Source: Sminthopsis crassicaudata | Lineage: Eukaryota | Direction: 5' to 3' | DNA length: 64,000 bases | Assembly: GCF_048593235.1 (NCBI RefSeq) | Contig: NC_133617.1 | Coordinates: 5,709,607-5,773,606, forward strand | Shown: positions 50,520-60,330 of the stretch, piece after piece | Layout of the letters: every line of letters begins with the position of its first letter | Position numbering within the stretch: the stretch's first letter is position 1 | Notes under the pieces: model-generated | The model's database searches: none | What the model was told of the DNA's origin: nothing | The model's input: the letters and a program-made list of their open reading frames with translations, nothing else | Program-made: the position numbers and the translations under genes

Positions 50520-51390
50520 TTTTTAAAATTAAACCTTTTTATTTAGAAAGCATATGCATGGATAATTTTTCCAACATTGACCCTTGGAAAACCTTATATT
50601 CCAAATTTTCCCCTCCTTACCCCCACCCCTACCTTAGCTGACAGGTAGTCCAATCCATGTTAAATACATCGACATACATGTTAGATTCAATATACGTATA
50701 CATATTTATACCGTTATCTTGCTGCACAAGAAAAATCAGATTAAGAAGGAAGAAAAAGAAAAACTGAGAAAGAAAACAAAATGCAAGTGAATAACAAAAG
50801 AGAGAGTGAGAATGCTGGGTTTGTTCCCGTGATTCTCTCTTTGGGTGTAGATGGTTCTCTTTATCACCATACAGGTGGAACTGGTTTGAATTATCTCAAG
50901 GTTAAAGAGAGCCATATCAGTTAGAATTGATCATCATATAATATTGTTGTTGAAGTATATACTCATCTCCTGGCTCTGCTCACTTCACTCAGCATCAGTT
51001 CCTGTAAGTCTCTCCAGGCCTTCCCGAAATCATCCTGCTGGTCATTTCTTATAGAACAATAGCATTCCATAGTATTCATGTGCCATAACTTATTCATCCA
51101 TTCTCCATTTCATGGACATCAGTTTCCACTTTCTTTCCACTACAAAAAGTGTTGCCACAAACACTGTTGTTCATGTGGATCCCTTTTCCTTCTTTAAGAT
51201 CTCTTTGGGATATAAGCCCAGTAGAAACACTGCTGGATCAGAGGGTAAGCACAGTTTGATAATTTTTGGGGTATAGTTCCAAATTGCTCTCCAGAACGGT
51301 TGGATACATTCACAATTCCACCAACAATGAATTATTGTCCCAATTTTCCCACATGCCCTCCAAAATTTGTCATTATCTTTTCCAGAAAAA
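50520..51390 (-). mobile_element. L1 3' end (3'UTR + ORF2 C-terminus)
   Basis: ORF 51171-51482 contains WRACGKIGTIIHCWWNCECIQPFWRAIW (L1 ORF2 C-terminus). Confidence 0.88.
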
Positions 51391-52587
51391 AAAAAAAAGA
51401 TTTTCCCAGAGCTTTCACTCTCCCAGGTTAGATAGCATGTACACGGGCTATGTTTATGCAGAATAAATACATGTAGGGTCAATGTAAAGGAAATCTATAT
51501 CTGTGGGGAAATATGTATTTGAGAAATAAGTTACTAGTGCATACATTGTTGGGAAGGATTTTATTTTCATGATAGCATATAAGCAGATTCTTCAATGAAT
51601 GGAGGGTCCCTGTGAAGCAAAGTTTGGGAGGGGGAGGGCATTATGGATATGATAGATGGCCCAAAGATATATCCCTATATAGATACAGATCTATGTGTAG
51701 GCATACACACATATCACAGTATAGTGAAAATTCCAGAGTCAATTTTTCCTCGAACCCCCTGGTGGTTTTAGTGAATGGGAAGCTTGAGGTGAAAACAATG
51801 TGGTGAGACAATAGTACCAAACATTGCTGAGATTGTGATCTTTATTTGAAGAAGACATGTTGCAGACTTAGGTTTTCGATCGTGCTGCTGTTGCTGCTTA
51901 TATCTGGCCACACCCAAAGTACCTTGGGTAGTGGGGAGTGGGAACTATTGGAAGAATGTGGAAAAATATGGGAAACTCTTGAGCAGTGTGATCTATTCAG
52001 ATCATTTGATCACTGAACAGAGATCTGCCAAAAAGAAGCACAGGGTGATCTATTCCAATTCTCTCATGTTATAGAAGAGGAAACTCTTGTCCAGTAAATT
52101 TTAATGACATGTTCTCTATTAGAAAGTGAAAGATCATTCCCTGTGAGGACTGATAAAAGAACTGTGATGTATTTAGCCCTAATTAGTAAAATACTGGGAG
52201 AAATCACTGGGACCTTTATTTTTTAAATAGATTTTATTAATCTTTTTGAAATTTTGCATTCTCTTAATTTCTTCCATTATACTTTTAATAGTTCTTCTTC
52301 AAAAAACATCTACCTATAAAACTATAGGGTACAGGAACGTAAACAGTTTAACCTTGTGAAGTCCCTCTTGATTTGTTTTTCCTGGTGACTTTTTTTTTTT
52401 TACATTTCTTATAATGTATCTGAAAGCCAAAGTTTCTAATTAGCTCTTTTCTTTTCCTCAAGAATATTTGGAAATCCTCTATTTCTCAGATTATTCTTGT
52501 GCTACTCAGGGATTGTAATCGTTTTTGTGGGTTTGGTGATCCTTGGTTCTAATCCTATCTCCATTGCTATTCAAAATTTCTTATTCT

Positions 52588-52730
52588 GGGGCAGCTAGGT
52601 GGTACAGGGGATAGAGTACCTGACTCGAAGTCAGGAGTAACTGAGTTCAAATCTGAACTCAGACACTTAAACACTTCCAACTATGTGACTCTGGGCAAGT
52701 CACTTAACTCCAATTACCGCAGGAAAAACA
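52588..52730 (+). mobile_element. Marsupial-type SINE
   Basis: ggggcagctaggtggtacaggggatagagtacc...ctcagacacttaaacacttcc...gggcaagtcacttaactcc. Confidence 0.88.
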
Positions 52731-52943
52731 AAACAAAGAGATAAAAAAAATCTTATTCTAAGTCCTCCAATCGCTTAATGTAGAAACAGCTGAATCTTCT
52801 TTGATTTTGTCTTCATGATTCTTGAATTGTTAATTTCTGGGAAAGATGCATTAAGGAACAAATTTATTAAGGGTGAAGGAAAGACGAGAAGAAAGGAGAG
52901 AATTCCTTTGCAAAAAGGGCCCAAACTTTCAGTTTATATCGGC

Positions 52944-53054
52944 TTAGAGTGTGGCTTCTGTTGGTGTCTTCTTGGTATCAGTTTTCCTCTTATTCAAGGT
53001 TCTTATATTCAGCTGAGTGTAGGTCACTTCCTGTGGATCTTCGGCCATGGAAAC
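52944..53054 (-). CDS. Gene A terminal ITIM exon (VSMAEDPQEVTYTQLNIRTLNKRKTDTKKTPTEATL*)
   Basis: ccttcag|GTT; VTYTQL ITIM; TAA at 52944-52946. Confidence 0.85.
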   Translation of the reverse strand, partial: VSMAEDPQEVTYTQLNIRTLNKRKTDTKKTPTEATL

Positions 53055-56000
53055 CTGAAGGAGAAATAGAAGAGGGAGAGAACAGGGAGGAATTGGGAGC
53101 AGATGTTCTTAATCTATTTGTGTGTCATGAAATCTTTGAAGACTCATCTGCCAAAAGCAATAGATGCTTTCCCATTCTCATACTTTTAGATACATGAAAT
53201 ATACTTCATAGAATTATGAAGGAGATAAAGGGTATTGAAATATTGTCATTGAAATGTTATAGAAATATTCACAATAATTTAAGATATCCTCATTTTAGAG
53301 GCATTGAATGGCATTCCTGGAGACAGAAGACAGAATGGGGTTAACTCACCCATGGTCCTCTTGTTGTCTCTCCAGTCTCTTCTTCATCTGAAGTGAAGAA
53401 TAGATTTCATCATTCCCAAGCTCCCAAGACCAGGATTCCCTTCTATTATTCCTCTTCACCCTCTCCCCCTGGGGCCAGGATTCTGTCATCTCCTTCAACA
53501 GATAACTTACATGGCCTTTCCTCTCTGGGTGCCTCAGCATGATGGGGCTGGCAAGTATTTGAAGGGAGACAGTAGCAACAAAAACAGCTAGAGTAGGAAG
53601 AAAGGGAAGACATGGGATAAGCGGCTGGAGCTCACTCTCAGATTTTCTATTAGCATTTTCCTCTCACCAGAATCTCTGCCTGCTTCAGAGAGTCTGGGTT
53701 ACATGGGAAAAGAAAAAAGGGCACCATGGGAGGAGGAGCTGAGTTTCCTTACCTTGTACGGATGCATCCCTGCAAAGATCCTGGTGAGATACACATGGGA
53801 CGAGAAAGAAGCAAAGTCAAGGAAGATCTTAGAGAAAGAAAATTTAAGCCTTACCCATCTCTGTTTCATCCTCTTTCCCCCAAACTTACCCAGTAGTACA
53901 AGCAAGAGAAGGCAAAGGAATAGGAACAGAAAGCAAACATAGCTGAGGATGATGATGAGGCTGTTACTTGGCTCTGAAACTAGGTGAGGGGAGAGAGAAG
54001 AGTCAACATAAATGACTGTGCTAAGCAATGCTCACACTTCCCCTATAATTGCCAGCGCATTTTCTTTTCTTATCCCCATCTTCCCATCACCACGAACATC
54101 CAACAGTTTGTACAAATCACACTGAGGGAGGGTTTATCTCTTGGAATAAGAGTGAGGTAGACAGAAAGCCGAATAACGACGTATTTGTCAAGTAAGACGT
54201 CAGGAGGAATGCTTTATGTCCCAGCTCACACACTGGGTCCTCATTAGCCAGGAGGTGAGGACTGGGTGAAAGTCTCTATAGATTCTCACACTGTGTTTCT
54301 GGGCAGAAGCAAGGCCAGGCTTTCAGTTCCTTGTAGGGGCTGAGGAATGGAGTGGTTACCAGTACCTTCCTGCTGTGTTCCTCTCACCTCTTACTTCTCT
54401 TACTTCTCTTACTAGAAGCTCCAGGGCATCACTCGGCTGCTTCCAGAGACTTTCATTGGTGCCCAGCTGATAGCTGCAGCAGTAATTGCCAGAGTGCTCG
54501 GGGGTCACATGGGTGAAGATGAATCTGCCCCCATCTTCATGGGCTTCCATGCTGTGCAGGATTCCCTCAACCCCCTCCTTGTACAGAGCAAACCGAGGAA
54601 TCCATGAGGGTCCCCGGCAAAGGAGGGTCACATTGCTCCCCGAGGCTACCTCTAGACCAGGCCAGGCTGAGAGAGAAGGCTTGGGGAGTGTATCTGGAAA
54701 CACAAAGAAAGACCTGAGATGCTCAAGATCCCCTCCACAGCTGTGTGAGGGTGAGCAGAAGGGGGGCAAGATCAAAGAGTTCCCTGAAGAATTTCCTGAC
54801 CAACCATTCCACTGATTGTGACCATTCATTGCTCTGAGTTTGTTTCCCTGAACAGGGGTAGATAGTACACTCCAGATGGTCTTTGGGGTTATCTAGGAAA
54901 ATACGGTTGTTTCTCCTTCCATTCTTGTCCCTTTGGTGCAGTTCCTGAGCTGGTCCATTGTTCCAACTTTGTTTTCTACCTTCTAATTGATATCCAGTCC
55001 TTATCCCAACCTCTCCTTTGTGCTGTTAAGAGGAGACCACATTTTCTGGGCTACCTTTCCTTTCAATCTTAACTTCCATCCCTCTATTTTTTCCCTGGAG
55101 AACTTGAAGACATTCTTACCTGTCACCCAGATCTCTAGGGCATCACTGGGCTCTGACACCTGGTATGGAGCCATTCTTTCAGAGTAGACACAGGTGTAGT
55201 TGCCAGCATCCTGGGCCCTCACAGAGAGGAGAGGGAAGACAGCTGAGGTGCCAGCTGGGCTCTGGCTCTGCAAGGGCTGAGGGCTGCCCACCTTCAGCAG
55301 AGTGAATGTCGCTCTCCAGAGTGCTGACTGAGGGGGCTGCCTGCACTGGAGAGTCACGTGCTTCCCAGGCTCCACCACCAGGCCTGGGTGGGCTGAGAGA
55401 GAAGGCTTGGGCAGAGATCCTGAGAGGGGAAGAATGGGGATAGGGTGTCAGGACGCCTGGGTCAAGTCCATGTTCTGAACTCTCAGTTCCTGTGTGACCA
55501 TGGCTCATTCACTGGGCCTGAGACTCTGTTATCTTTGTAAAGGGGAGATTATTGCTCTCTGTAAAGGAGGGGGTATGAATAAAAGATGCCCACTATCTTT
55601 CTATTCACAGCTAGCTAGCAATCTAAGGACACTGTCACACTGCAGGGACCTCGTCTAGTCTATGATCTCATGCCTCTGATGACGGACAGGCAGGGAGATT
55701 GTGGTCTCCTTTTTTTCCTCAGGGGCAACACAGTCAGGCTCAGGGATGAGTCAGGGTGCAAGAGAGAGAAGGCTTGTATCCAAGCTCTGTTCCTCACTTT
55801 TCGGTGACCCTGGACAAGTCCTTTTCTCTGTCAGGGCATTATGTGATCATTGGTAAAGGGAGGGTTTGGTCCCTCTAAGCTCTGGGTCTTTGTGCTTCTT
55901 CTAATGCCTAACTCAGGATGCATCATGAGCTTTTACAAGATCCCAGATCAAAACAGAAATATCTCATGCCTTTCAAGGTCCCTGACTCAGGACTAGCCCC

Positions 56001-59000
56001 AGAACAGATCAGGCCGTGTAGGCCCCCTGCCCTGGGCTCTGGGGGCCCCTATTTGTGCAGAGGGCAGAGGGGTCACACTCAGCATTATTCTGGGGTCCCC
56101 AAACCCCTCACCTGTCACCACCAGCTCCAGGGTCTCACTGGGCACTGATTCTTCACCAGAGACTCTCCTGTCCCTGTAAGTACATCTGTAGCTCCCAGTG
56201 TCCTCAGGTCTGACAGAAGGAAGGGAGAAGTCAGTCCAGAGCTGTGCTGAGTTCCGCTTCTGCAAAGGTTGCCTGGTCCCAGTCTTCCACAGAGTGTATT
56301 TCACCTCCTCAGGAGAAGCCAGCCTGGGCCTTGAGCACCAGAGAGTGATGTTGGTCCTTGGGGCCACCACAAGGCCTGGCTGGGCCCACAGGGTGGGTCT
56401 GGGTAGTTGTCCTGAGGAGAAAGTGGTGCCCGAGGTCAATGTCAGATGTCATTTCAAGATCCCCTCTGCTAACCCCCTGAAAGGGGGAGCAGAAATCTTG
56501 TTTCTGGTCTCACTCTCTCCCTTAGGTCCTGTCTGACTGGAGAACACCCCCATTATCCTGGGGTGTTAGGGTCTTACTAAGTGCTAATGAGATATTAGGT
56601 TCTTAGTAAGTGCTAAATCGTTACTTAACAATTCTCTAGTTCTGGTCTTTACTAGGAGTTCAACCCCTTTGAATTCCTCAGGAGGAGCTTACAGGCTTAG
56701 GAGGAGCAAGTTCATTGGTTGAAGTAATTTTTCCCAGAAGCCCTTGAGTTATCCCATGCCCATTCTCTGGGAGGATAAAAGAGAGCGGCACTCCAGAGAT
56801 AGTCTCTGCTCTAGACCAGACTTGAGGCAGCTCTCTGCAGGAAGGGAAGTCACTTCTCTGGACGACAGTTAACGGCAACTGTCTGGAGACAACGGCTCTC
56901 TACAGGAAGAAGAATCTGTCCAAAAGATTTGAGTTGACACAGCAGATCTCCTCCCAGAGAGCGATCTGCAGCTTCTGGAGACAACAGAACTTTACATATT
57001 GGCGCCCAATGTGGGGCGCCAATAATGTAACATGCTGCTGTCTCCAGAAACTGCCTATTGTTCTCTGGTCCAGAGTAGTGACTTCCCTTCCTGAAGAGAG
57101 CAGCCTCAAGTCTGGCCTAGAGTAGAGACTATCTCAGGAGTGCCGCCCTCTTTTATCCTCCCAGAGAATGGGTGTGGGATAACGCAAGGGCTTCTGGGAA
57201 AAATTACTTCAACCAATGAACTTGCTCCTCCTAAGCATACAAGCTCCTCCCCAGGAATTCAAAGGGGTTGAATTCCTAGTAAAGACCAGAAATAGAGAAT
57301 TGTTAAGTACCGATTTAGCACTTACTAAGAAACTAATATCTCATTATCTCATTAGAACTTAGTAAGAACCTAACACTGGGGCCTAAAGCAAGATGGCCCA
57401 GAGCTTTCTTCCAGCCCTATTCCCACCATCCTTTCAGAATTCCCTGGATCCTATGCTGTCCCCAGAGCTTTGGGGCCTCTATGTGGGGACATAGAATGGG
57501 TACTTAGGGATTCCCATGACTAGTCACCAAGCACAGTCAGCTCCACGGCTTGGCTAAGAAAGGATGCTCTTTGTGGGGGTGTCTTCTTGTAGTAAATACA
57601 GCTATAGCTGCCAGTGTCCTCCGTCCCCACAAATGGAAGTGAAAAGTCAGCTCTGGGCCCTGCAGGGATCTGTAGCAGTAAGGGCTCCAGGCTCTTTGCA
57701 TTCAGCAGGGCAAAATTGTAGTCCTGAGTGGGGGACTGTGCAAACATTTGGCACCAGATGGTCACTGTTTTTCCTGGCAATATCAAAGATCCAGGGGAGG
57801 CTCCAATGTTGGGTTTGGGAAGCATTCCTGAGAAAGGAGGAAGGAAGAAAGTTAGAGACCTGATCTCTGCCATCCCATTCAATCATTCCATGAAAACATC
57901 CAAGCAGAGAAAAAGGGTGGACTAAGCATGCCTGATCAGGCCCATTTGCACAGTCCTGTAGGCCTGGGGTAGTCGGTACGAGGGCTGCTTGGTCACCTTG
58001 AGAAAGATGTTCTAGGCCCAAAAAAGGCTGTGAATCTACAGAACAATGGAGGACAAGGAATAAGGCCCATTCAGACCTTTCTCTTACATTTTAAGGTTTG
58101 AAAATCTCTGTCTTCTCTTCCAAATAATTCCATAACTGAGGGATAGATAGATCTTGAGATTCCCCGGCCTCAATTTCCCCACACTATAGCAGGTCCTTGT
58201 CCATTGTGCTTACTGCAGTGAAACCAGAGCAGGAGCTGCTAGAGGAGAATGGGGGCTCCTTCTGAGCTCTGCTTTTCCTGCACTCCATCATCTATCAGTA
58301 ACTTCCTGTTCAGTGAAGGAGCCCCAAAGATTTAGGGAAGGGGTCCTTGCTACCTGAAGACAGTAGCAGTCCCAGGGATCACAGGGTTTGAGCTCTAGCA
58401 TCCCCATTAGACCATCCAGACCATTAGAACATGAGCTTCATGTCATGAAGGGAGGAACTGAGTTCCAGAAGGCCAGGACTTTCACATAGTCACCCCACCA
58501 GCATCTAGGGGGACAGGTGTGTGAAGTTATATCACAGTCACCAAATCTGAGGCTCCTCCTCCCTTTACCAGGCTATCTTCTATCACAAGCCAAATGGACA
58601 GTAGCTTGGGGTGCTGAGAAGAGCCCAGTGCTAGAGTGGACCCAAGGGAGAAGTAAAGACGGCATGCTGGGAAGGACCAGGACAGAAGGGCTTTACAGGC
58701 AGGGGAAACAAGATGAGCAAAGACAGAGAGATGGGACATGATGGGTGTTGGGGGAAGCATCTGCCCAGGATGAAGGGAATATAAGGAGGACAGAAGGGAA
58801 CACTGGGAGACAGAACGGGGCTGGTGGGATATTGGCAGTGTGAACCCAAAGAAGAAAGGAAAAGTTCATCTAGGTAAAGTTTCCACTGTAAAAGCTGGGT
58901 GCCGCTGCTCCCAAAGGCGGCTGTGTATGCCTCAGGGAGGAGCATCCTGGCTTGAATGGCTGAGTCACCAAGGGACCCTGAGCAGATGAGGGGAGATCCC

Positions 59001-60179
59001 TGGATTTGCTGCTAGGAGACATGGCTCCTCATCCTGTCCCTGGCACGTAAAATCCCGCTGACCTGCTCGAGTCCCCTTATTTTCTCTCCAAGCCTCAGTT
59101 TCCCCATCTCTAAAAGAAAAATCATTATGTGAGCTCTCCTCCTGGCAGAATTATTGAGGGGAAATATTTCTAAACTTTATAATCTTAACCTCAGAGTGGG
59201 TGAGGCAGGTGTTCTCAGAGCCTAGGGAGGTGGTTGGTGAGGGGAGACAGTTAATAAAGACTGACAGTTTTCCCTTTTACTCATCAACTCTCTAGAGATG
59301 GATCAGGGGCTCCTCTCCCCGGATTTGGGTTTCCCCAAAGGAAGGTTTGATAGCAGCACCCCTCACCTGTCATCACCATCAGGGCCAGGGGGTCACTGAG
59401 CTCTGACCACAAGGGCCCCTGCCCAGAGCGGCACCTGTAGCTCCTGGCATCTGTCCAGTCATTCACACTCCTGAGCACAAAGTCCGCCTGTGACCATGAA
59501 TCATTTCTCTCCTCTCTGAGCTCTCCATCCTTCCAGAGCTGGAATTTGTCACTCCCCAGTCGTCCCTGGCACCTGAGGGTCACATCTGCTCCCTTGGGGA
59601 CAATAGGACTGGGAACAGCCCAGAGGGTGGGTCTTGGGAGGATTTCTGAAGAGGAAACAAATTTGATTTTTAGGGATTCCTCTGGAGCCAGTGTTTCTCC
59701 TCCACATCCTGAAGTCCCTCCTTTCATCACCCCTTCCATTCCTTGCCATGGTGCCTGTTTTCCTCCCTGCTTAACCCAGGAGTGGAGTTCTGGGTTGATC
59801 TGAGACAAAGACTGAAAGGCGAACATTGCGCTTTTGGGGCAGGACTCACCCATCTGTGCCCTGACCTCCCAGTGCAGACACAGCCCTGTAAGAGAAGACC
59901 AGGTTACAGATGGCTCCCCTCCAGCCCATGCTGACTTCTTCCCCAGCCCTTGCCAACGACCCTGATTCTCTAATTCTGCTTTGATCAAAATATGAAGGGG
60001 GATCCCTGTGAGCAGAGACTGGGTCCTTCTTTGCCTCCAAAGATTCTGACTCCTCTTTAGGTTTTCTCCCTGTCCTTCTGACTCAGTCAGCCAAGGGTCT
60101 TGGCACAATATCCCTCCCTCGCCAGGCTTAACCTTGGAGACTCACCTATGGAGAGCAGCAAAGTGAGTGTGGAGTCCAT
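52944..60179 (-). CDS. Gene A: LRC-type inhibitory receptor, 5 Ig + TM + single ITIM (~613 aa)
   Basis: Exons 60146-60179, 59850-59885, 59367-59645, 57528-57827, 56112-56411, 55120-55419, 54388-54693, 53890-53973, 53753-53769, 53511-53547, 53350-53387, 52944-53054; total 1842 nt, open, all GT-AG. Confidence 0.85.
53350..53769 (-). CDS. Gene A cytoplasmic mini-exons (17, 37, 38 bp)
   Basis: GMHPYK|PHHAEAPREERP Y|EEETGETTRGPW; the 17-bp form (acceptor 53770-53771) is required for the ITIM frame; an alternative acceptor gives 28 bp. Confidence 0.55.
53890..53973 (-). CDS. Gene A TM exon
   Basis: 84 bp; EPSNSLIIILSYVCFLFLFLCLLLLVLLG; G|gtaagt. Confidence 0.85.
54388..54693 (-). CDS. Gene A Ig D5 exon (306 bp, with 9-bp triplication at 3' end)
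   Basis: TLPKPSLSAWPGLEVASGSNVTLLC...GNYCC...LELLVREVREVR. Confidence 0.9.
55120..55419 (-). CDS. Gene A Ig D4 exon
   Basis: 300 bp; SLPKPSLSAHPGLVVEPGKHVTLQC...GNYTC. Confidence 0.9.
56112..56411 (-). CDS. Gene A Ig D3 exon
   Basis: 300 bp; QLPRPTLWAQPGLVVAPRTNITLWC...GSYRC. Confidence 0.9.
56564..57375. mobile_element. Palindromic ERV-derived element: LTR(+) 56564-56996, PBS-Lys 57000-57017, inverted LTR 57026-57375
   Basis: Arms are reverse complements (roughly 90% by eye); TSD CTGGGG at 56558-56563 and 57376-57381; empty site in gene C near 27810-27825. Confidence 0.9.
57528..57827 (-). CDS. Gene A Ig D2 exon
   Basis: 300 bp; MLPKPNIGASPGSLILPGKTVTIWC...GSYSC. Confidence 0.9.
59367..59645 (-). 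CDS. Gene A Ig D1 exon
   Basis: 279 bp; ILPRPTLWAVPSPIVPKGADVTLRC...RSYRC. Confidence 0.9.
59850..59885 (-). CDS. Gene A 36-bp mini-exon (GLCLHWEVRAQM)
   Basis: cag|GG...G|gtgag. Confidence 0.88.
60146..60179 (-). CDS. Gene A leader exon (MDSTLTLLLSI G)
   Basis: cccaccATGG, 34 bp, G|gtgag. Confidence 0.88.
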
Positions 60180-60297
60180 GGTGGGCCTTCAGCTCTGTCC
60201 TAATCTCTACTGTGGAGAGGACCAGAGGCTGCAGGACTGGAGACTGGTCCAGGATGTGGTGGGCAGCCCTTCTACCTCAGGCCTCCTAAACCCTGGC

Positions 60298-60330
60298 CCC
60301 ACAGTTTCCGCTGTCATACAGATGAAAGGG
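60298..60330 (-). promoter_or_regulatory. Conserved proximal promoter block of gene A
   Basis: Minus strand ctttcatctgtatgacagcggaaactgtgggg. Confidence 0.5.

Noticed and set aside
53853-53889. Alternative TM-exon donor (AGATGG|GTAAGG) that would add GKFGGKRMKQRW
   Set aside because: It is not conserved in gene B, and it puts the ITIM exon out of frame with either downstream acceptor; G|GTAAGT at 53888-53889 is the conserved donor
9147-57017. tRNA-like sequences (PBS at 9147 and 57000; SINE heads)
   Set aside because: These are 18-nt primer-binding sites and tRNA-derived SINE heads, not tRNA genes
57828-59366. Conserved D1-D2 intron block (also 28268-30009, 45800-47400, 17800-19080) as a hidden extra exon
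   Set aside because: No ORF with consistent splice sites across paralogs; conservation is explained by duplication and a MIR remnant
25987-60179. Assigning a gene symbol (IGSF1, A1BG/DM64, TARM1, LILRB, KIR)
   Set aside because: Similarity is family-level and mosaic; orthology cannot be established without phylogeny and synteny
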